Source: Candidatus Cloacimonadales bacterium (GTDB lineage Bacteria > Cloacimonadota > Cloacimonadia > Cloacimonadales > JAFGVF01). Taken from it: DNA of 64,000 nt. The position numbers and the translations under genes are program-made. The first letter of the stretch is position 1. Every line of letters starts with the position of its first letter. Positions 40,592-49,544 of the stretch are shown piece after piece. The stretch is from assembly GCA_963663475.2 (NCBI GenBank), contig CAXXJV010000001.1:1472001-1536000 (forward strand), given 5' to 3'. Below the pieces are notes generated by a model. That model worked only from the letters and a program-made list of their open reading frames with translations. It had not been told where the DNA came from and searched no databases.

Positions 40592-41446
40592 ATGAAGATA
40601 GGAATTATTGGTGCAGGAACAATGGGAGCAGGTATTGCTCAGGTTTTTGCTATGCAAAACCACCAAGTATTATTACAAGATATAGAAAAAACTAGCTTAG
40701 CAAGAGCCATAAAGAGTATTGAAAAGAGTTTAGATAAACTAGTTATAAAAGAAAAGATAGATGAAGCTAAGAGAAATGAAGCTCTTAATCACATAGATAC
40801 AAGTTTAGAATTAGAGGATTTCAAGCAAGTTGATATAGTCATCGAGGCAGTAGCTGAAAAGATGGAGATAAAGAAATCATTATTCAGTCAACTTGATGGA
40901 ATTTGTCATTCTGATACTATCTTTGCAACTAATACATCATCATTATCAATTACTGAGATTGCTTCAGCAACCCAGAGGCCAGATAAAGTCATAGGTATGC
41001 ATTTCTTTAATCCAGTACCATTAATGAAATTAGTGGAAATAATCAAGGGTTTAGCAACTTCATTTGAAACAGTTGAAAAAGTAAAGAATCTTACCAAAGA
41101 AATCATGAAAGAGCCTGTAGAAGTAAATGAAATGCCAGGTTTTGTAGTAAACAGAGTATTGATACCAATGATAAATGAAGCAATTGGCATTTTAGCTGAT
41201 GATGTTGCTTCTGCAGAAGATATTGATAATGCTATGAAACTAGGAGCTAATCATCCAATTGGTCCTTTGGCCTTAGCTGATTTAATAGGTAATGATGTTA
41301 ATTTAGCTATTATGGATACTCTCTATGAAGAATTTGGTGATCCAAAATATAGGCCACATCCACTATTGAAGAAGTATGTAAAAGCTGGCTTATTGGGTAG
41401 GAAAACTGGAAGAGGTTTTTACGATTATAGAAAAAAAGTAAGTTAA
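40592..41446 (+). CDS. hbd: 3-hydroxybutyryl-CoA dehydrogenase
   Basis: [22 protein letters not shown] and GANHPIGPL motifs. Confidence 0.93.
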   Translation: MKIGIIGAGTMGAGIAQVFAMQNHQVLLQDIEKTSLARAIKSIEKSLDKLVIKEKIDEAKRNEALNHIDTSLELEDFKQVDIVIEAVAEKMEIKKSLFSQLDGICHSDTIFATNTSSLSITEIASATQRPDKVIGMHFFNPVPLMKLVEIIKGLATSFETVEKVKNLTKEIMKEPVEVNEMPGFVVNRVLIPMINEAIGILADDVASAEDIDNAMKLGANHPIGPLALADLIGNDVNLAIMDTLYEEFGDPKYRPHPLLKKYVKAGLLGRKTGRGFYDYRKKVS

Positions 41447-41500
41447 TTATAAAAAGATGATAAAGTTATTGATAATAGATAAGGACATGAGGTAATAAAG

Positions 41501-42640
41501 ATGGATTTTAGTTTTGCTAAGGAATATGAAGTATGCTCAAGCATGTTCAGAGAGTTTGCTGAGAATGAAGTAAAGCCTATTGCAGAAGAAGTTGATGAAG
41601 AGGAAAGATTCCCACTTGAGACAGTGAAAAAAATGGCCAAATGTGGTATGATGGGCATTCCTATTCCTAAAGAATATGGAGGAGAAGGAGCTGATACTTT
41701 AACCTATATTATGGCTGTAGAAGAGTTATCAAAAGTGTGCGGAACAACAGGTGTAATCCTATCTGCTCATACATCTCTTTGTGCAGTTCCTATTCTTGAA
41801 TATGGCACTGAAGAACAGAAACAAAAGTACTTAATCCCCCTAGCAAAGGGAGAAAAAATTGGAGCTTTTGCCTTAACAGAAGCTAATGCTGGTACAGATG
41901 CAGCAGCTCAGCAGACTATTGCAGAAGATAAAGGTGATTATTATCTACTTAACGGAAACAAAATATTCATCACAAATGCAGGTTATGCTGATGTTTTCAT
42001 CATTATGGCAATGACTGATAAGAAAGCTGGTACTCGTGGTATTTCTGCTTTCATACTAGAAAAAGGTATGCCAGGATTCTCTGTTGGTAAGCATGAAAAA
42101 AAGATGGGAATTAGAGGTTCTTCAACAAGCGAATTAATTTTTGAAGACGTTAGAGTACCTAAAGAAAATCTACTAGGGAAAGAGGGGAAAGGCTTTGGTA
42201 TAGCTATGAAGACTCTTGATGGTGGAAGGATTGGGATTGCAGCTCAAGCTTTAGGTTTAGCACAAGGTGCTTTAAATGAAACTATTAACTACACTAAAGA
42301 AAGAAAACAGTTTGGTAGATCTATTTCTAAATTTCAGAATACCCAGTTTCAATTAGCAGATATGCACTGCAAAACTGAAGCAGCTCGTAACTTAGTTTAT
42401 AAAGCAGCTTGGAAAAAAGATCAAAAACAAGCTTATTCTTTAGATGCAGCTATGGCTAAATTATTTGCAGCAGAAGTAGCTATGGAAGTAACTACTAAAG
42501 CAGTCCAACTACATGGTGGCTATGGTTATACCAGAGAATATAGTGTTGAAAGAATGATGCGTGATGCTAAAATCACTGAGATATATGAAGGAACTTCTGA
42601 AGTTCAAAAAATGGTCATTGCAGGCTCAATTCTAAGATAA
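41501..42640 (+). CDS. bcd: Butyryl-CoA dehydrogenase
   Basis: FALTEANAGTDA, TLDGGRIG and IYEGTSEVQ motifs; followed by etfBA. Confidence 0.93.
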   Translation: MDFSFAKEYEVCSSMFREFAENEVKPIAEEVDEEERFPLETVKKMAKCGMMGIPIPKEYGGEGADTLTYIMAVEELSKVCGTTGVILSAHTSLCAVPILEYGTEEQKQKYLIPLAKGEKIGAFALTEANAGTDAAAQQTIAEDKGDYYLLNGNKIFITNAGYADVFIIMAMTDKKAGTRGISAFILEKGMPGFSVGKHEKKMGIRGSSTSELIFEDVRVPKENLLGKEGKGFGIAMKTLDGGRIGIAAQALGLAQGALNETINYTKERKQFGRSISKFQNTQFQLADMHCKTEAARNLVYKAAWKKDQKQAYSLDAAMAKLFAAEVAMEVTTKAVQLHGGYGYTREYSVERMMRDAKITEIYEGTSEVQKMVIAGSILR

Positions 42641-42652
42641 GGAGGAAGGAAA

Positions 42653-43438
42653 ATGAAAATAGTAGTTTGTATTAAACAGGTTCCTAACACTAATGAAATT
42701 AGGATTGATCCAATCAAAGGTACCTTGATTAGAGATGGAGTGGATTCTATTATGAACCCTGATGATAAAGCAGGTTTAGAAACAGCTCTTCAGCTAAAGG
42801 ATGAAAATCCCAATACTAGCATAACAGTTCTTACTATGGGACCTAATCAAGCAAAAGCTATTTTAAGAGAAGCTATTGCTATGGGGGCTGATGATGCTAT
42901 ACTCTTAACAGATAGGACTTTTGCAGGAGCCGATACCTGGGCAACCTCCCTAACCTTAGCAAATGCTATTAGGAAAATTGGTTTTGATGTAATAATCTGT
43001 GGTCGTCAGGCTATTGATGGAGATACAGCACAAGTTGGTCCTCAAATAGCTGAACATCTTAAAATTCCTCATGTTAGTTATGTTTCAAGTGTAAAAGTTC
43101 AAGATAAATTTCTTATTGTTAAGAGAGAATTTGAAGACTTCTATCAGAGAATAAAAGTGGCTACTCCTTGTCTCATTACTGCTCTATCAAGCATGAACAA
43201 ACCACGCTATATGAGAGTTGGAAGAATCTTTGATGCTTACAGAAATTTAGAGATTAAAGAAATGGGCCAGGTTGATATTAATGTTGATCCTGAAGAGTTA
43301 GGCTTGAAAGGATCACCAACCAAAGTTAGAAAAACAGAAACAAAACAAGCAAAGAAGGCTGGGCAAATTGTTGAACTTGACCCTAAGGAATCTGCAGAAA
43401 AGATAATTTCCTTACTTGCTGAAAAATATATAATTTAA
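42653..43438 (+). CDS. etfB: Electron transfer flavoprotein beta subunit
   Basis: CIKQVP, GADTWATS and GRQAIDGDTAQVGP motifs. Confidence 0.95.
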   Translation: MKIVVCIKQVPNTNEIRIDPIKGTLIRDGVDSIMNPDDKAGLETALQLKDENPNTSITVLTMGPNQAKAILREAIAMGADDAILLTDRTFAGADTWATSLTLANAIRKIGFDVIICGRQAIDGDTAQVGPQIAEHLKIPHVSYVSSVKVQDKFLIVKREFEDFYQRIKVATPCLITALSSMNKPRYMRVGRIFDAYRNLEIKEMGQVDINVDPEELGLKGSPTKVRKTETKQAKKAGQIVELDPKESAEKIISLLAEKYII

Positions 43439-43450
43439 GGAGACTGGATC

Positions 43451-44461
43451 ATGACTAATATAGAAAAAAAAGTAATGGTATTTGTAGAGACAAGAAATGA
43501 TCAGATTCAGTCTGTTGGCTTAGAATTAATTGGTAAAGCACGTGACCTTGCCGATACCCAAAACGGGCAAGTAATAGCTCTTATTCTAGGTGAAAAAATC
43601 AGTGAAAAACAAGCTAAAGATTTAATCGCTTATGGAGCAGACAGAGTTATTGTTGCTAATCATAAACTCCTAAAACTATACATGAATGAACCTTATACTC
43701 AGGTTCTTACTGATATTATGACTGATATCAAGCCTGATTCTGCCCTTTTTGGTGCTTCTACTATTGGTAGAGATTTAGCTCCTAGAGTTTCAGCTAGACT
43801 GCATACTGGTTTAACTGCTGACTGTACTGGCTTAGAAATAGATGAAGAGAGTGGTCTCCTTTTAATGACCAGACCTGCCTTTGGTGGTAATCTCTTTGCC
43901 ACTATTATTTGCCCAGACCACAAACCTCAAATGGCTTCTGTTAGACCTGGTGTTATGCAGAAAAAAGAAAAAGATGATGCTAGGCAAGGTCAAATAAATT
44001 TCCTTGATGTTGAAATTGATAATTCTGCTCTTACTTATGAGATTTTAGAAGAAGTAGCAGTTGTGAAAACAAAAAAGAATATTGAAGATGCTAATATCTT
44101 AGTTTCTGCTGGTAGAGGACTTGGTAATCCAAACAACCTAAATAAATTACATGACTTCGCTAATATTTTAGGAGCTGCTATATCTGGCTCAAGAGCTATT
44201 GTTGATGCAGGCTGGATAGATCATTCTCAACAAGTAGGCCAAACTGGTAAAACTGTCAGACCTGAAGTCTATTTTGCTCTTGGTATCTCTGGTGCAATTC
44301 AACATATCGCTGGTATGGAAGAATCAGATTTAATTATCGCAATTAACAAAAATAAAGAAGCACCAATCTTTGATGTTGCTGATTTAGGTCTTGTGGGTGA
44401 TGTTAATCAAATAATTCCTGAACTAGTTAAAGGACTCAATAATTTAAAAGCAAGTAAATAA
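43451..44461 (+). CDS. etfA: Electron transfer flavoprotein alpha subunit
   Basis: GLTADCT, RPAFGG, QVGQTGKTVRP and GISGAIQH motifs. Confidence 0.95.
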   Translation: MTNIEKKVMVFVETRNDQIQSVGLELIGKARDLADTQNGQVIALILGEKISEKQAKDLIAYGADRVIVANHKLLKLYMNEPYTQVLTDIMTDIKPDSALFGASTIGRDLAPRVSARLHTGLTADCTGLEIDEESGLLLMTRPAFGGNLFATIICPDHKPQMASVRPGVMQKKEKDDARQGQINFLDVEIDNSALTYEILEEVAVVKTKKNIEDANILVSAGRGLGNPNNLNKLHDFANILGAAISGSRAIVDAGWIDHSQQVGQTGKTVRPEVYFALGISGAIQHIAGMEESDLIIAINKNKEAPIFDVADLGLVGDVNQIIPELVKGLNNLKASK

Positions 44462-44581
44462 ATGGCATTGTGATAAAGGCAACTTATGGTTGGAAAATTT
44501 ATCATTTGAAGACTAGATCTGTCTTTTAGAATAATAAAAGACAGTTAATAACGATCCTGATACATATAACATATAACCCGT

Positions 44582-44618
44582 GGGGAAGTTCATAATATTT
44601 GAATTTCCCTATTTTTTT
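44582..44618 (+). terminator. Probable terminator of the kal-etfA operon
   Basis: GGGAAGTTCA-taatatt-TGAATTTCCC followed by a T tract. Confidence 0.65.
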
Positions 44619-44753
44619 ATATTCGGGTTTATTATTCAATCAATATGCCATACTTAAAGTCTCTTTTTAACTACCAGACTTGAACTTGAGCCTTTTTTTC
44701 GCCCAATGTCCCTTACCTAGGCTTGAGGAAGACCGGTCTTATCAATACCCTTA

Positions 44754-44834
44754 TCATCCTTAATCCTTCCTTTACAGTCTTTCGATGAAACTGGGACTTT
44801 CATCGAAAGACTGTAAAGGAAGGATTAAGGATGA
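44754..44834. repeat. Perfect 37-bp inverted repeat with 7-nt loop
   Basis: tcatccttaatccttcctttacagtctttcgatgaaa-ctgggac-tttcatcgaaagactgtaaaggaaggattaaggatga. Confidence 0.95.
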
Positions 44835-45154
44835 ATAGAGGAGAATATAGTTTTTACTCAGTATTTTTTGTGAAATAAAATAGGGTCTTTCAGGATAAAC
44901 TATTGGGAAGAATGGCTTGCTGGTTGAACAGTCTCAATGTATCATAATTTAGCTTATTCAAAATTAACTTGACAAATCATAATCATCGAGAAAGCAATAA
45001 AATAAATTCAAAAAGTGGAGTAAACTTTTGAGAATTGCAGATTCTGCACTTTACCTAAAATTAGACTCTACTACTAGGAATATAGAGAAACACTAAGTAT
45101 CAATTGCTCGAGTAAGTCACTTGAGTAAACACCAATATCACTAAAGGAGCCATT

Positions 45155-48100
45155 ATGAAATTAATTCATAAGCTTTTATACGTCAGTATTATATTTTTGA
45201 TTTTTTGTCCCACACTTTTACATTCTGCATTTTTAAGAGACATGCCTGTTAAGGTAACTCAGCCTAATGGAGAAAGCTTAAACTGCCTTGCGTCAGGCGA
45301 TGAATACCACAACTGGTTACACGATGCCAAAGGTTTTACCATAATTCAATCACCTAAAACAGGTTACTATGTTTATGCTGAAAAAGAGGGAGAAAGGCTA
45401 GTCGCAGGTAATTTAATCGCAGGAATTTCTAATCCCCAAGACAGTAACTTAGTCCCAAATTTAAATATATCACAAGCTAAATATAGGTCTCTAAGAGAAA
45501 GCAAATTTACTATGCCCGAGACAAGGGATGCTCCGACAACAGGCACTATTAATAATATTGTGATTTTTATAAGGTTCAGTGATGAAACAGAATTTAATAA
45601 GCAAATTTCTACCTATGAAGGCTGGTTTAATAGCGATACTAATTCTCAGAAAAACTATTTCCTAGAAGCATCTTATAACCAGTTGACTGTTAACACAAGT
45701 TTCTATCCTGCAGCCTCTAATGGTTATCTTGTATCTTGGCAAGATTCTCATCCAAGATCCTATTACCAGCCTTATAATTCTGTTTCAAACCCTAATGGTT
45801 ATCAAGATGATACAGAAAGTAGAGACCGTGAATTCACACTCCTAGAAAATGCTATAGCTGGAGTGCAAAATTCTATTCCGCAAAGTTTAGTTATTGATGG
45901 TGATAATGATGGCCGAGTAGATAATGTGGTTTTCACTGTAAAAGGTGATTCTGATGGCTGGTCTGATTTACTTTGGCCTCATCGTTGGGCAATCTGGGAT
46001 CGTTATGTATATCTTAATGGAAAAAGAGTTTATGACTTTAATTTTCAGTTAGAAGAATTTCTAGATTATAGTAGTGTTGGGGTTATCTGTCATGAATTTT
46101 TCCATACTCTAGGAGCTCCAGATTTATATCATTATTCTGAAAATGGCATTAGTCCAGCAGGCCAGTGGGACCTAATGGAAGCAACTACTAATCCTCCTCA
46201 ACACATGGGGGCATATATGAAGTATAAATACGGTGATTGGATAGCTTCAATACCTACTATCTCTGCTGATGGTCAATATACTTTAAATCCTCTAACATCT
46301 TCAACTAATAATTGCTTTAGAATAAACTCTCCTAACTCCAGTTCAGAATATTTCGTAGTTGAATACCGAAAACAAATGGGTACTTATGAGTCTTCATTAC
46401 CAGGTTCAGGTTTACTTATATATAGAATTAATCCTGCCTATGATGGTAATGCTGACGGCCCTCCTGATGAAGTATATATCTATAGGCCCAATGGTACTAC
46501 TAGTAATAATGGCTATATAGCTTCGGCTCATTATAGTTCAAATGTGGGTAGAAGTGCTATTAATGCTACTAGTAACCCAAGTCCATTCTTAACAGATGGC
46601 TCTGCTGGAGGACTAGTGCTTTCAGATATTGGTTCAGCAAATGCTACTATCTCTTTCGTTAAAGGTCAAGGATCAGCTCATATTACCTGGGCTCCTGATG
46701 AAATTCAGGAAACTCTTCCAGTAAATTCTTCTATTTCACAAGATATTACAATTGGAAATATAGGAAATCTTGCCTTAAATTATACCTTGTCCAAAGCAAG
46801 TAATTCTGCTAATGTTCTTACAGAAGGCTTCGAAGGAGGAAGTATGCCATCGGGTTGGAGTCAAGAAAATGTATCTGGTCAAGATGTTGATTGGCAGTTC
46901 ACTAGTGGGGGATATAGTAGTCATCCAGAATCTGCTCAGCAAGGGACCTATAATGCAAGCTTCTATCATGGCTCATCTACAGCAAGTGTGTCAAAACTAA
47001 TCACTCCCGCTATGAACTTAACAGGAGCTAATACAGCAACTTTAACTTTCTATCATACCCAAGCAATCTGGGTAAATGATCAAGATGAATTAAGACTTTA
47101 TTACAGGACTTCCTCAGCAGCTTCTTGGAATTTACTCGCTACTTATACTGATAATATTACTGACTGGACTTACAGAAGTATTGATCTTCCTAACTTATCA
47201 GCTACTTATCAAATAGCTTTTGAGGCTACAGGACAATACGGCTATGGAGTTTGCTTGGATAATATTAATGTATCTCAAGAAATTCTTGAAGATTTATCTT
47301 GGATACAAGTCGCTGGTGGTGATTCTTATTCTGATCTGATTAATCCAGAATCTAATTCCCACACTGTAAGCATTAGCCTAGATTCTCATGGACTTAGCTT
47401 TGGGGAATACCAAACCGATCTGATAATCACCAGTAACGCTAATAATAATCCTCTTGTAACAATACCTGTATTAATGAATGTTGCAGGAATTAATGAACAA
47501 AATATTTCACTTGATAAGCAAGAAGTTGATTTTGGAACAGTTACAAGTAATGAATTTGTAATGGAAACTATAAGCTTGTCTAATATTGGTGGGGAGACTC
47601 TTAGTGGAAATATAATAGCAGATAACAACTTTACCATAAGCCAAGTAAGAAATAATATTTCTAAAAATGACATTATGTCTGCTCACCGAGATTTGCGACA
47701 AACACGTAACTTTAACTTCTCTCTAAGTGAAGGAACTTCAATATCATATAATATCAGTCATTCAACCCAACAAGCAGGTTCTTTCTCAGGCTCACTAACT
47801 ATTACATCAAATGATCCTGACTCTCCTGAAATTCATGTTCCCTTAACTTTAGAGGTTAAAGATCCAGCTAATATTAGTGTTGATCCTCTTACTATTGAAG
47901 TGAATTTACAGGAAAACCAATCCAGTGAGACAAGTATCTCAATTGCTAATACAGGAGACCTAGATTTAACTTGTTCTCTAAATCTTATAGAAGGTGACAA
48001 TAGAAATTTAGATGAAATATTCTCTGCCAACTTTGATGATCATGATTTATCAGATTGGAATATAGATTATTTCTACTCAGCAGACCACACTTGGCATATT

Positions 48101-49258
48101 GCTGATGTTTATGATACTTATTCTAGTTCTTATACTCTTGATAACTCTTCATTCCTATTCATTGATAGTGATGCTGCAGGTTATAACAATATTGATGATA
48201 TTATTGAGACTCCTCTTTTCGATGTTAGCAATTATACTGAAATTGCTGTTGAATTTGACCACTATTTTAACAAGTGGACTGATGAAATTGCAGATGTTGA
48301 TTTTTGGAATGGTTCGGAATGGATTAATATCGGAAGATGGCAAGGTGAATCTATTGGTTATTGGTCTACACCAAGTCACTTCTCCTACACTATAACTAAT
48401 GAAGGATACAGCAATGTTAAGCTAAGATTTCACTACTATGATGCATATTACGAATATTACTGGGCAATAGATAATCTCGTAATATCTGGACAAGGCAATC
48501 CTGCACCACAATGGGTTACTTTACCAAGTCAGTATAATAATCTTACTATTACTCCTGATAATATTGAAGATATTACTCTCAATTTCTCTTCAGCTGAACT
48601 TGCTACTGGTCTTTACACTGCTAATCTATCTATTCAGTCTAACTCAGCTGAAAACAATAATCTAAATATCCCAATTTCTCTCAACGTTTACCAACTAGTA
48701 AATGAACCAGACTGGCAACCAGTTATCTATCCCAACAATAGTGCCACTATCTATGCTGAAATTACCCACTTGAATGACCAAATAGCAGAGGATGATATTA
48801 TTTCTGCTTGGATTGGTGATGAGTGTAGAGGACTTGGTGAGATTGTTATAGTTAATAGAAGTCAAGCCTTTACAACTCTTGTAGTGCAATCTAATGGAAA
48901 TCCCGAAAATGTCTATTTCAAACTCTATGATAGATCCGCTGATATTGTCATAACTCAATCAAATGCGACATCTGTTATTAGCGGACAAGTAGTTGGCTCA
49001 GCCCAAAACCCATTTCCTATTAATATTGGACTTATTGAGCTAATTACCCCCAATAATATAGAAGTGCAAGTAGTCAATAATGTAGCTAGCCTTAACTGGC
49101 CTAGTGTTCCTAATGCTGATTACTATGAAATATATTATTCTCAAGATTTAGAAAATTGGGCTTTAATTACTAGTGTAACTACAAGTAGCTACCAACATAG
49201 TCTCCCACCAGTTAATAATCATGCCTATTTCTATAAAATAATCGCTAAGAAAAACTAG
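45155..49258 (+). CDS. Secreted M6-family (immune inhibitor A-like) metalloprotease with adhesin/Ig domains
   Basis: Signal peptide, QPNG..GDEYH propeptide, zinc motif ICHEFFHTLGAPDLY, WDLM, EYFVVEYR; several Ig-like and cleaved-adhesin-like modules; short FN3-like tail. Confidence 0.9.
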   Translation: MKLIHKLLYVSIIFLIFCPTLLHSAFLRDMPVKVTQPNGESLNCLASGDEYHNWLHDAKGFTIIQSPKTGYYVYAEKEGERLVAGNLIAGISNPQDSNLVPNLNISQAKYRSLRESKFTMPETRDAPTTGTINNIVIFIRFSDETEFNKQISTYEGWFNSDTNSQKNYFLEASYNQLTVNTSFYPAASNGYLVSWQDSHPRSYYQPYNSVSNPNGYQDDTESRDREFTLLENAIAGVQNSIPQSLVIDGDNDGRVDNVVFTVKGDSDGWSDLLWPHRWAIWDRYVYLNGKRVYDFNFQLEEFLDYSSVGVICHEFFHTLGAPDLYHYSENGISPAGQWDLMEATTNPPQHMGAYMKYKYGDWIASIPTISADGQYTLNPLTSSTNNCFRINSPNSSSEYFVVEYRKQMGTYESSLPGSGLLIYRINPAYDGNADGPPDEVYIYRPNGTTSNNGYIASAHYSSNVGRSAINATSNPSPFLTDGSAGGLVLSDIGSANATISFVKGQGSAHITWAPDEIQETLPVNSSISQDITIGNIGNLALNYTLSKASNSANVLTEGFEGGSMPSGWSQENVSGQDVDWQFTSGGYSSHPESAQQGTYNASFYHGSSTASVSKLITPAMNLTGANTATLTFYHTQAIWVNDQDELRLYYRTSSAASWNLLATYTDNITDWTYRSIDLPNLSATYQIAFEATGQYGYGVCLDNINVSQEILEDLSWIQVAGGDSYSDLINPESNSHTVSISLDSHGLSFGEYQTDLIITSNANNNPLVTIPVLMNVAGINEQNISLDKQEVDFGTVTSNEFVMETISLSNIGGETLSGNIIADNNFTISQVRNNISKNDIMSAHRDLRQTRNFNFSLSEGTSISYNISHSTQQAGSFSGSLTITSNDPDSPEIHVPLTLEVKDPANISVDPLTIEVNLQENQSSETSISIANTGDLDLTCSLNLIEGDNRNLDEIFSANFDDHDLSDWNIDYFYSADHTWHIADVYDTYSSSYTLDNSSFLFIDSDAAGYNNIDDIIETPLFDVSNYTEIAVEFDHYFNKWTDEIADVDFWNGSEWINIGRWQGESIGYWSTPSHFSYTITNEGYSNVKLRFHYYDAYYEYYWAIDNLVISGQGNPAPQWVTLPSQYNNLTITPDNIEDITLNFSSAELATGLYTANLSIQSNSAENNNLNIPISLNVYQLVNEPDWQPVIYPNNSATIYAEITHLNDQIAEDDIISAWIGDECRGLGEIVIVNRSQAFTTLVVQSNGNPENVYFKLYDRSADIVITQSNATSVISGQVVGSAQNPFPINIGLIELITPNNIEVQVVNNVASLNWPSVPNADYYEIYYSQDLENWALITSVTTSSYQHSLPPVNNHAYFYKIIAKKN

Positions 49259-49295
49259 TTAAGAGAAAAACATTTAGAAAATCCCTGACGGGATA

Positions 49296-49405
49296 CAGAG
49301 TGTTGACAAAATCAAATTCTCTGAATCCTGGAAGGGATGTCTTTTAATAGGCAGGGTCCAAACTCTTCACTGCAATGTATTAAACTACCAAACCTGAACT
49401 TGAGC
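49296..49405. mobile_element. Remnant related to MITE family B (single TIR plus internal modules)
   Basis: CAGAGTGTTGACAAA (49296-49310) is the exact reverse complement of 11036-11050; 49357-49381 is identical to 10928-10952; 49383-49405 matches 44669-44691 at 21/23. Confidence 0.75.
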
Positions 49406-49486
49406 AGCCTTATCTACTACATGCAGAGTATCATAAATCACTGTTATGAGACTAATTTAGATATTTAATAATAGTGATTAATTATC

Positions 49487-49514
49487 TTGACTAAATTTTT
49501 TTAAAGATTATAAT
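49487..49514 (+). promoter_or_regulatory. Sigma70-type promoter
   Basis: TTGACT-16 bp-TATAAT, 30 bp upstream of ATG 49545. Confidence 0.55.
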
Positions 49515-49544
49515 TGACCTTTGAAAATAATAGAGGAGAGATTT

